From Pseudovirgaria hyperparasitica (Eukaryota): 64,000 nt of DNA. Where the stretch lies: the NCBI GenBank assembly GCA_010093815.1, contig ML996565.1; one strand, written 5' to 3'. The notes under the pieces are model-generated. The model worked only from the letters and a program-made list of their open reading frames with translations. It was not told where the DNA came from and searched no databases. A program made the position numbers and the translations under genes. The first letter of the stretch is position 1. Each line of letters opens with the position of its first letter. Below are positions 13,417 to 23,812 of this stretch, one piece after another.

Positions 13417-14556
13417 ATGCCTACCCCCGCAACCATCAACGTAGCCTTGCGCAACACCACATCCTCCAACAATGTCTACGCCTTCGTCACCGGCCGCGCC
13501 CTCGACAACAACAACGCCCTCTTCCTGCTGTCCTCCGACGGCCGCACCCCGTACTACCCATCCTCCCCCTCCGACACCGTCCAGCCACTACAGCGCGACA
13601 TTGCCATCCCCCTGGGCGCCGTCAACAACACCGTCACCATCACCGTGCCCCATCTCGCCGGCGCCCGCATCTACTTCTCCATCGACGCCAAGCTGCAATT
13701 CTACCTCAACCCGGGTCCCGCCCTCGTCGAGCCCTCCGTCACTAACCCCTCCGACCCAAACCTGACCCTCAACTGGGGCTTCTGCGAATTCACCTACAAC
13801 GACGCCCAGATCTTCGTCAACATCTCCTACGTCGACTTCGTCTCCATCCCCATCGCCCTCGCCCTCACCTCCGTCAACTCCCCGCCCCAGTCCGTCGCCG
13901 GCATGCCAAAATCCGGCCTCGATTCCGTCTGCGCCCAACTCCGCCAGCAAGACGCCACCGACTCCGCCGGCTGGTCCCAGCTCATCGTCCAGTCTCCATC
14001 CAACAACAACAAACCCCTCCGCGCCCTCAGCCCAAACACCGCCATCGTCCGCAACCCGCATCTCTTCGAGGGCTACTACGACCCCTACGTCGCAAGCGTC
14101 TACTCCCGCTTCACATCCACGACCTTGCGCGTCAACACCCAGGCCGCCTTCGGCACCCTCGCCGGCCGCGTCTCCCCCGACGGCTCCACCCTGACCATCG
14201 GCTCCCACGCCTTCGCCCGGCCCTCCGCCGCAGACATCTTCTCCTGCTCCACAGGGCCCTTTGTCGAGCTTGGCTCCGTCGAGCGCGGCGCCATCATCGC
14301 CCGTCTGGCCGCGGCGTTTAATCGCTCTGTCCTGCTGAACACGGATATCATTCCTGACGGCAGCTCGTCCGCGGCGCAGTACTATGCGGATCCGCGCACG
14401 AATCATTATGCGCGTGTTGTGCATGCGGTCAATGATTCCGGGCGGGGATATGCGTTTCCGTATGATGATGTTGCGCCTGATGGTGGGGTTGATCAGAGTG
14501 GGAGTGTGTTTTCGGGGGATCCGAGCTTGTTGACTGTTACTGTTGGTGGGGCGTGA
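13417..14556 (+). CDS. Glycoside hydrolase family 64 beta-1,3-glucanase (glucanase B-like), intronless
   Basis: MPTPATINVALRN... with GARIYFS, LVEPSVTNPSDPN, WGFCEFTYN...NISYVDF (catalytic Glu/Asp pattern of laminaripentaose-producing glucanases), TNHYARVVH and GYAFPYDDV. Confidence 0.9.
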   Translation: MPTPATINVALRNTTSSNNVYAFVTGRALDNNNALFLLSSDGRTPYYPSSPSDTVQPLQRDIAIPLGAVNNTVTITVPHLAGARIYFSIDAKLQFYLNPGPALVEPSVTNPSDPNLTLNWGFCEFTYNDAQIFVNISYVDFVSIPIALALTSVNSPPQSVAGMPKSGLDSVCAQLRQQDATDSAGWSQLIVQSPSNNNKPLRALSPNTAIVRNPHLFEGYYDPYVASVYSRFTSTTLRVNTQAAFGTLAGRVSPDGSTLTIGSHAFARPSAADIFSCSTGPFVELGSVERGAIIARLAAAFNRSVLLNTDIIPDGSSSAAQYYADPRTNHYARVVHAVNDSGRGYAFPYDDVAPDGGVDQSGSVFSGDPSLLTVTVGGA

Positions 14557-14876
14557 TGGGTCGGTTGGGGGTGCGTCAGTAGGTAGGTAGGGGATCCGGT
14601 CTGGGGATCATGTAGATATCTGGTGCCTGGTAGAGTGCTGATATGATGTTGCGGAACAGTGCTGTATATATGATGATTTGGACGGCGACGTATATAGCTT
14701 AGATACACCCACAAACACACATATATCCAATCGACTGTCCCTTTCTCCCCCTATATCACCCTCGAACCATTCGCCACCAATAATAAAAAACTTCATGCAT
14801 TTCCCCCCTCCCAGGTGCTACGTACATTACATCGACTTACCTTACCGCGACTGGCCCGGCAGCCCACTCTCCCACT

Positions 14877-17666
14877 TCACCGTAGGCGGTACTGGCTGCT
14901 GCGGTGCGCGTCTGCGTCTACCTTTATACTGTTGTATGATCCTATCTCAGGGAGATCTACTGTTGGAAGTGGATAAAAGGGGAATCTTAGACGTTGTTCC
15001 TGCGGCTGGGGAGATGCGCCTGGGTCAAACCAAGGCTGGAATTGGGTTGTATCGTAGTCATACGTGGTGGCTATGGGTCGAGTGCCCTTCGATGGCTGTA
15101 CTCCACGGACGAGACTATGCCCAGTGTGGCACTTGGTTGAGGAGCCGCTCGACTCTGAATCAGCACCCTGATTTACTACCTGGCCAAATCCATCGACCCT
15201 TTGCCGTCGTCCTCGAGGCTTGGTCACACGCGGCCTGGGGCGCTTATCTGGAGACGCGCTTGTCTCCAAATCAGATCGTTCATATACTCCTCGGTTAGAT
15301 TTCGGTTTGTCCTTTCTGGCTCGCCAATTGTAGTATTGTTCAGCATTTACGACTGCATCAGCGTCAGAGTCATCCGAGGAAAGAGTCAGCTCTCCGAGAA
15401 GTGTTTGAGAGTGTTTGACACCCATGCTCGCCTTTCCAGACGAGGACGAAGATCTCCTCGCCGCCTCACCTTCTTCGTTCCTATCTGACGTCGAGTCTGT
15501 GCTGTCACCGTTGGGGACTGTCTCACATGTGACTTTGGCTGTTTGCTTCATCGAGCGTCGGATGGAAGTTCTGGCTTTCTGTAACGCATCTAGCAGGCCC
15601 TGCTTCGACTCGGCATTACACAGCTCAACAGCCCGTTGGTAGGCTCCTAGTGCGCCAGTCATATTGTTCATAGCCATTCTAGATTCGGCCACGTACAGCC
15701 AAGGCCGAGCCCTCATTGGATCTTGTGAGACTGCACCTAGAGCATGCATCTCTGCACTTTTGTATCTGTTGTTACAAAGATCGAGCAGCGATCGTTCCAG
15801 GTATAGGAAAGCTGGAAAACTCGAATTGGCTCTGAGCGCAGGCAAAAATGCGAATGCTAATTCATTCCGCAAATTTTGAAGGCTATTACTGTAAATGCGA
15901 TGAGTAAATAGCTCCTCCACGTGTGGCATTCTTATGATAGACGTTCGATATTCCTGGCCATCCTCTGCACCAATATCCGGGAGAGGCGGTATTGAATAAT
16001 CTGTGTCTGTTCGCTGATATGAGTGCTTCTCCCGCTCCGATTGCCGTATGAAGAATCGAGAAGGAGACGTTGCAGAACATGACAGTTGTGGAAGAGGTGG
16101 CTGAATTGTGTCGGAAATAGAGGGTGACAAAGAAGCCGTTTGCATTTCCGCCATGACATCCTTCTCTTCATCCTTATGCAAACATCGCGAAGAAATGCTA
16201 TCTGGCTCGCGATCATCGGACTTAGATGTAAGACCAAGCGATTCGGTCGACTCGTAACCGTAGACGCCTGTAAATTGTTGCTTGTCACCCTCGCCACTTC
16301 GGTCGTGGCTTGTGGGCGTCTGCAAGGACACGGCTGTCTCGTCCACAAACGCAGAAGACACATCGCTGTGATCCGTGCTGTACCCTGCATCGAAGCAGCA
16401 TTCACCATAATAATGGTGCACAGTTACTTCTTCTTGGATTTGTGCAAAGAGTTCCGACGCGCTAATCCTCTTGCTTGGGTTAGGACGAAGCATACGTCGA
16501 ATCCAACCACTCAGAGCTCCGTCCTGAGCATTCGTGCCGCCGAGTTGATCTATATACAAGGAAAACGCGTCATAGTTTGACCTTACGAGGGTCAGACCAG
16601 TTCCATGGCTTTCAAAGAATGCGTTTCTTTGGGCAAAAGTATCACTCTCAAGGACTGTAAGCATGTCCAAGTAGACGCATCCCAAGGACCAGATATCAGA
16701 AGGCTCGCCTCTAGGAGCTTGATCCACAACCTCTGGGGAGGCATATCCTGGGGTATATGGTCCGGTCGGTCCAGTGGTTGTGCCCCGGGTCCGATCACTC
16801 CAGTCTCGTGCAGTACCGAAATCGGTCAACAAGACGTGATCACCCTTGATCAGAATATTGGATGGCTTGATGTCCTTGTGGCGGCATTGTTGAGAATGAA
16901 GATACGAAACAGCTCCGGCAAGACAGCCGACGAATTGCCGTATGAGAGGAGCCTTTTCAGCCATAGTAGGCGCCTGGTTCATGTCCAGAAATACCTTCAG
17001 GTTGGTGTCTGCGACAGGAGACATCAGTAGGCCTATGAATCTTGGATCAGTATATGATCCGACGAGCTCGACCAAGTGAGGGTGTCTGAGGCGTCGAAGA
17101 TTCCGCAGTTCGTTCTCGAACATCCTCATGGCAGCTTTGTCTCTAGCAAATGTTCTAGCTCGGGATATCTTCTTGCGTGCGAATTCGTTCAATGATAGCT
17201 TGCTTCTGACATGGTCGACCACTCCGAACGCTCCGCGGCCTAGCAGCGGATTAAGGATGTGAAAGTGAGCATTGGCATCGCAATTGAAGTGCGCGTGCCG
17301 ACCCTTCTCCGTTTCCATGGAAGCAGCTTTTGTAAGAACTAGTCTTTGAGCATCGAGAAACTTGAAGCGGACAGAGGATGCCCTCAGAGGTTCCGGAACG
17401 GCCGAATCGGAGTACGGGAAATGGAGATCTAGACAGCCTTCCAAGATCAATCTTTTCATAGCATCAACTCGGTCGATTAGTCGAAGCACTGTGTAGGACC
17501 GAGGTCTCTTGCTCCATTCTAGCTTCCCTGCAGATAGCAAGAGCGAGCGTATCTTATCAAAGAAGGCCTCATCAAGACTCTTCGCGTCAGGGGTGATGCA
17601 TAGCGAATAGAAAAGAGTAGATAGTCCGTCTTCAACAGCCTCTCCCTTGATCGCTAGGTTCTCCAT
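14877..17666 (-). CDS. Fungal Ser/Thr protein kinase with conserved pre-kinase domain, TPR-like repeats and disordered tail (929 aa)
   Basis: Single ORF with LGRGAFGVV, FARKKI, ENEL, HKDIKPSNIL, DFG, YASPE and SDIWSLGCVY. TPR-like segment ALGAVSQDPMRARPWLYVAESRMAMNNMTGALGAYQRAVEL. Confidence 0.9.
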   Translation of the reverse strand: MENLAIKGEAVEDGLSTLFYSLCITPDAKSLDEAFFDKIRSLLLSAGKLEWSKRPRSYTVLRLIDRVDAMKRLILEGCLDLHFPYSDSAVPEPLRASSVRFKFLDAQRLVLTKAASMETEKGRHAHFNCDANAHFHILNPLLGRGAFGVVDHVRSKLSLNEFARKKISRARTFARDKAAMRMFENELRNLRRLRHPHLVELVGSYTDPRFIGLLMSPVADTNLKVFLDMNQAPTMAEKAPLIRQFVGCLAGAVSYLHSQQCRHKDIKPSNILIKGDHVLLTDFGTARDWSDRTRGTTTGPTGPYTPGYASPEVVDQAPRGEPSDIWSLGCVYLDMLTVLESDTFAQRNAFFESHGTGLTLVRSNYDAFSLYIDQLGGTNAQDGALSGWIRRMLRPNPSKRISASELFAQIQEEVTVHHYYGECCFDAGYSTDHSDVSSAFVDETAVSLQTPTSHDRSGEGDKQQFTGVYGYESTESLGLTSKSDDREPDSISSRCLHKDEEKDVMAEMQTASLSPSISDTIQPPLPQLSCSATSPSRFFIRQSEREKHSYQRTDTDYSIPPLPDIGAEDGQEYRTSIIRMPHVEELFTHRIYSNSLQNLRNELAFAFLPALRANSSFPAFLYLERSLLDLCNNRYKSAEMHALGAVSQDPMRARPWLYVAESRMAMNNMTGALGAYQRAVELCNAESKQGLLDALQKARTSIRRSMKQTAKVTCETVPNGDSTDSTSDRNEEGEAARRSSSSSGKASMGVKHSQTLLGELTLSSDDSDADAVVNAEQYYNWRARKDKPKSNRGVYERSDLETSASPDKRPRPRVTKPRGRRQRVDGFGQVVNQGADSESSGSSTKCHTGHSLVRGVQPSKGTRPIATTYDYDTTQFQPWFDPGASPQPQEQRLRFPFYPLPTVDLPEIGSYNSIKVDADAHRSSQYRLR

Positions 17667-20600
17667 GACCCGATGTGCTCAGTATCACCGGCTGCTATAC
17701 AATACAAGTCGAGTCGAGTCCTCTACCTCCGACCCCTATCTTCAGGCATACGCATACACACTTGTGCTAGGTATGATGTGTCCAGCTCTTTCGTGAAGGA
17801 GACGAAGAAGGTTCGGTAGAGCGATCGAATTAACCTTGAGATCTATGGAAGCCTGTCAGCCTTGGGTGTACTACATCTCATCCTGTTTGGTCAACTCGCA
17901 TGGATCCTCCTGCTGCAGCAATCGAACGGCCTGCTGAGTAGTGTTCATACACCTGGTGGAATTACAGGCTGGCGACTTTGATCCCCGCCACGACGCCTTG
18001 GGTCGCGCTTTCTATCAAAAGAGAACAGTCCAGAGCTGAGATTTGACCTCGAGCGGGGCTGTGTCAGAGCAAGGATACATGCCATGAGGCTGACCGGCTG
18101 CTAAGCGAGAGCCTTTCACGTCGCCATGACATAAATGGATCATACCATGCGTTCGGGATACACTTCGATATATTCATACAAAACGAATGAGAGAAGTAGC
18201 AGGAATACCATTTACTACGGATTTCGTTAAGCACCGACTTGAACTAGACATAGAAAGACTTGATAAGAGAACGACACGCCACAGCAACTCTATCGGATGA
18301 ACAGATGAGAGAATGTAATGCGCAAGGAAAGGACTCCTCGGGTGACAAGGCAAATATACTAGTACCTAGAGGGGGCAAATCAACTTGGGAACGTTGTCGG
18401 CTGCACAAGCTACGAATGTCAGCATTATGTTTTGAAGCTCATAAGACCCTTTGTGAATATCAACTATAATGTAGCATATATGTGCTAACTTCAGACCAGG
18501 ATGTATGAAGCCTCGGGTCCGTTATGCTGCTTGAAACACAAGATTCCGATTCTTCGAGCTCACGCGTCCATGTATCCACACTTCTTCCCGCTGTCAATGG
18601 ATCGTGGTCAAGATGTGACCCCTGCCACAGAATTTCGGGTGAAACGGCTTGGATGTCGCACAGGAACGACGCGGAGAAAAGGTGTTGAGTGCGTGTCCTC
18701 GTACAACAGTGACAGGGTGTTTGTTGCTGCACGAGCAAGAGGTACAACGTTGACAGGGAGAGGAGATTAAGTTCGATTGATAAGATGGCCAAGCATGCGA
18801 TACGGAAACGTTGTAACAAAGTCCTCGGCCCGTTCGTGAGAGTTCCATATCAGTTGCTATGACGCAAAGGGCGCGATGGAATGATAGCGGACGTAGCGCC
18901 AGGCTAATTAGATATTTGTCGGAGGCTGGAATGCCATCCACCATGTAATATTATTGCATACTTCGTCGAGTGTTTTCGATTGTGTCGGTCATTATTTTGA
19001 AAAGAATGCAAGGAAGTCAGTGATTCGCTGTTGGCGCTCCAAACACGGGACTCCTGCCGATCACCACAGGGATCCCCCCTGATAAATGACAGTCTATGAC
19101 TGCTCGAGCTCGCCCCCACAAGCATATATGACGTAAGCAATGCGAAGTTGAAGGCCTGAAGCTCGAAGTCTGAAGCCCTACAGCAAGGTGTGTTGATGTT
19201 GGGGTTGAGTGCAAGCGGTTGCAGAGGTCATACAGACTATGTTGATTATGGAGTTGAAGGCATATTCCATCCGACCGGAACAAAGCAATGCAGTCCGCTG
19301 TCCGCTGTTCGGCGTGGAGTGTCATGAGTAGGATACGCCAACCATGCACGAGCTTGGCAAGGATTGTCTGTAACTTGTTGTTGTAGTGAAGGACTTGTCT
19401 GGTGCCACACAACGGCTCTCGAATTGCAGAGGGAACGCGTCCAATCTTCAAATACCACGGATGGCCAGGACGCCAGGCCACGTCAACAGTTCTTGTTCAC
19501 ATCATGAGAAGCTCGAGAAAATGCTTCCTTTTCGTCGACTGAAACTTAGTGTTGATAGTGGATCGGACGGTACTTAGTCTGTAGACACGCAATGGTCTAG
19601 GATATAGGGCCAAGCCAGCGGCATATGGCGAGGAGTGACAGTCCTAGCCTCCTGCTAATAAGCTAATTGGTAGCAAGAGATCTTGGGCCATGATGAGAGA
19701 CCCACTGCCCAGGTATGTGGGTAGTCAGTAATTAGTAGTATTAGCGGTGATGATGCTATAGTCACTATGGTGGTAGTTGTGGTGGTGTGCAGTGGTACAG
19801 TCGACTGCAGAAATTCGGTGGTAAGCGGCTCAGCAGTCGTCTTGCGGGCGTCGCGGAATCAGCAACAGCCGAGCGATTTACTCTCCGATCGTCCTGCATG
19901 TATCAGAAGTCGGTTGTCGTGAAGGAGGAGGAGATGGCGTTCAAATGAGGTGCAAACCGAGCGAGACAAAAGTCAAAGAGCGAGCTGTAGTGAGTGAATG
20001 GGAGGACACAAAACACACGACCTCGCAGGGTCGGGTGGATGGTGGGTGGTGGGCGATGGGCGATGGGCGATGGGTGAACAGGGCAGGACAGCAGCCTAAA
20101 GCATAGCAGAATAGCTGCATAGACGCTAAATTATAGAGACGTAGGCAGCTAAAGGCCGCTGGAGACAGTCAATCTGGCGGGCTTTTCCTGTAGTTACCTA
20201 CCCAGGTGCTACCACAGGCTCCCCCCCCTCCCCGTACTTGGCATCATGCAAGCTAATCCGCTTTGACGCTGTGCCTAGACTGACTGTGGTCGGTATTGGG
20301 TAGACAGGACCTAGTAAAAGTACCTTGACTCCGGCTTCTACTCAATTCCTCATCATCCTTCATCCTTGCCACACGCCTCAACTCAACACACCCCAATTCG
20401 CTTCCACGTCCTATCTCTTTCCCTTATCTTCCTCTTTCTTTCGCTCGCTGTCCGTTTGCATCCACGCGACGACGACGACGACGATAATATCACCTCCTGT
20501 GGACATGCTACTGCGACTCTAACACAGTCGTCGTCCAGTCTGGTCTCCTGTTCCCTCAAACACCTCTCCTATCCATCGACCGCGGCCGTCACTCCTGGTT

Positions 20601-20897
20601 TACCGTACCTTTCAACCCCAATTACTCTCTCAAACCGGAACCCATCCACTCATCCAGCTCTCAAGACTCGTCCCCAGCCATCAATCTATTTACAGTCGGG
20701 CCGCCTAGTTCCGTGGACTGTTCCTAATACTTCAATTCGACAGCTTGAGCTCCTGATCCTGGTACTGAGCTCACTTAGTCGCGAAACGGAATAAAGTCAA
20801 GAACTGGCCAATTCTTCTCGCCACGGCCAACATAATCTCACATCCACGTTGTGTATCTAGACACTCGTGTGAACTCGGTACTGTTACGACGCGCGCC

Positions 20898-22357
20898 ATG
20901 GGAGGGCTCGCGCCAACATGGATGAGCTTCGTTGCTGTATCATGGTTATGTTTGGCTTTCGCCCATGGCCAATCCACACTTTTCCGCCAGTCGTACTGTT
21001 CCAGTCAAAATACAGGCTCTGACTATCCTGTCGGTTAGTGCGCGATCATGTTATAACATTAACGGTACTGACGCGTCTTTTAGACATCAATATGTATCAG
21101 TCTAATGGTGCTTGCCACGACAGGTGCAACTCTGAAGGCTATGCGCTTGCCATCGTACAGTACACAAGTTGCTGGTGCTCGAATCTCATCCCCGGCACTG
21201 AGACCAGTGTGGACAATTGCAATGTGGATTGTCCTGGCTATCCCGACGAGAAATGCGGTGACCAGGGCAGAGGTCTCTATGGATACGTAACACTGGATCG
21301 AAGACCGTCTGGGACAGCTGATGCCTCCTCACCCTCCTCTACACCGGTAAGTTCCACCTTTGATGATAATCTGGTTATAATCAGGCTCGTACTTCGACAA
21401 CGACGGGTCCCGACGCGCGATATGTCTGACCCAATCCTGTCTTCTTTTCGTTATTCCTCCATGCAAGATCATTCGATCTTCTAGTTTTGACGCGCTGTTC
21501 AGAGTCAGGTGGCTGCACCAAGTTCTACATCTACGAAAGAAACTGTGACTGACGAGCATACTATCGTTCAGACGGTAGAGCCCGACACATCTGTGGTCAC
21601 CTCCATTGTATCCCTCACGCCTGTATGATTTGATATTTTCTTTGGATTCTATAATGTTTTCTCTTATTGGCCTCGCTGACTCGCTTCAACAGAGACCTGC
21701 CTCGCCTTCATCCTCGTCACAGAATTCAGAGCCTCAGACTTTTGTCAGCACAAAGATAGTATCAGGCACCCCAGTAACCGAGTTCGTCACGACGTATCCG
21801 ACCAATTCTCCTGGCAGTTCCCAACAAAATAACGACAATGACGACAGCGGCGTGTCTGGGGGTACAATAGCCGGTGCAGTTGTTGGAGGCGTCGGAGGCC
21901 TCGCTGCACTTGCCGGCTTGGTATTCTTCCTAATACGACGACGTCGTCAGAATTCAGATGACTACAACGGTGATGACAAAAGCTCGGGACCCCGGCGACA
22001 TGTCAGCACTATGAGCAAGACGGGCTTGCTTCGTTCCCGCTCAGTTAAAGAGCCTCCTGCTATCGCCGTACCACCAATCGTATACCGACAAGGGAGCTCT
22101 CATGGGCAAGAGTCCACCCATTCTGACCATGCCAGTACAGGCTTGGAACGAGAGAGGAGGAACAGTCGACCAATGTTCTACGATCAGAGACTGAATCCGT
22201 CAGCACTTCTCGGCCTTGAAAATAGCAGTCGTACCAGCCTAGGGACCATTGAAGATAATCGTGACTATACCAGGACACTGAATGTAAGGCATTGATGGAT
22301 CCTAATTAGACTTGGCTAACTCGCTTGTGTTAGGTCCGCAACCCCGATCCCGAGTGA
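20898..22357 (+). CDS. WSC1: WSC-domain cell-wall integrity sensor (Wsc1/WscA-like)
   Basis: Signal peptide MGGLAPTWMSFVAVSWLCLAFAHG; Cys-rich WSC domain YQSNGACHDRC...CWCSN...CNVDCPGYPDEKCG; Ser/Thr stalk; TM segment GTIAGAVVGGVGGLAALAGLVFFLIRRRR; tail DQRLNP...DNRDYTRTLN|VRNPDPE*. Confidence 0.9.
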
Positions 22358-23812
22358 CAGTTTACGCAGTATGCACCTCGATGACATATTTTCGTTTTTG
22401 GTTTGACATAAGCATCGGCGTTTTGAGCATTAACAACGGCAACGACATTGAGATTTATTCACGATAGTATACGGAATACTGCATGTGCGTGTGGTCTACA
22501 TTGACATGCCCTATCCCGGACATGAACGTCCGGGCATCTGTCAACGTCATTTGCTGTCTTGCTATTACCGTTCTTGTATCTGTACATTTTTGCATCAGCT
22601 TCTTTACTGTCATCTGGCTGGTGCTCTGCTAGGCACGGCATATCACGCGCGTAACGTACATAGTCCGCATGGAGAGATGGACATGGGCCATGGAGTTTAC
22701 TACCGAACCCGAGTCGGTAATGCGTTATAAAAAGACAACGGCTCTGGTCTGAGAAGCTTGAGAGGAAAGGCTTCCTGTCGTTTACAGCTATGCAGACCAT
22801 ATGCCGGAAGGATTGGAAATGCGCCAATTAACAAGAATAATGCAACATTTGTCTACTTTGAGACCTTCATACTTTGGAAAACTGTCTTGTTCTCAATACT
22901 AAAAAATTTTCGGAGATGCTCAACTAATGCTCGATTATGCCTGGCAACGACCAACTGACAACCCTGAAGAGAGATGATGCATTCTAGGTAGCCCTAGGTA
23001 GCGACTGCGGGTCCTGGCTTGGCGGCCTTAATATCAACTCCAGCGCGTGTACGCGATATCTACCTACAACCTTCCACACAATTGCTACAGTGTCACCGAA
23101 CCTTGCACCAAAATCCTGCAAACCAAGACACTACTCCTGTAGTCTTTTGCCCTAGGGCCTGTTCCCAGCAATTACCAACTAAGCTCCTTTGCCTTCCATC
23201 CTTAAAATACGTTCGGCTCATTGCGCCACACACACTCGAGAATCCTACGGTCGCCTACTAAACGTTGGAGTCAACCTCACAGGAAAGGTGGCCGCGTCCA
23301 GACATCATATCACATCTGTTCCGAGGCGGTACGAACCGCAGCTAATGCTGACTGCCAACCGACACTCCACGAGCATCGCACGAGACCTGCCTGTTATCTG
23401 ACCGCCGTCTTGGACTAGATCGCCCTTGTAGTCCCATATACCCTGGTGTCGCTCTGACTTTGGAGCCAGAAATAGAGAGCATAATCGATAGCAAGAGCTG
23501 GCAGGCAGCAGTATTGCACATCTCACGAAAGCAGTCATCCGTGTGGTAGGAATCCTGTGATTGTCGACTACTGCGTTCGGTTGTTGAACGGTCTGGTGCA
23601 GGAACAACAGTTCGCTCCTTCACGCCAGGGGGGTGCTTGAACTTGTCATTCCGTGTCCCCAGCAAGGCTAAGGGCGAACGTAGAGGGATCGTGAGATCCA
23701 AGGTCTGGGAATCTGCGTCCTTAGAAGCTCGGTCGAGATAGTATCTAGTCGCATCAGTGCTCTGTACCAAAAACAGAACCCAACGCCTTGTCCTTGGGAT
23801 ATTTAAGCCGTC

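Noticed and set aside
13588..14424. 278-aa antisense ORF over GH64, and similar antisense ORFs over ITC1, SGF73, ETF-beta and the 615-aa gene
   Set aside because: Shadow ORFs produced by codon bias on the coding strand.
22950..23800. Possible structured ncRNA (RNase P/MRP, SRP) upstream of GCS1
   Set aside because: No conserved-region motifs found. It looks like promoter and 5'UTR, possibly with an intron.
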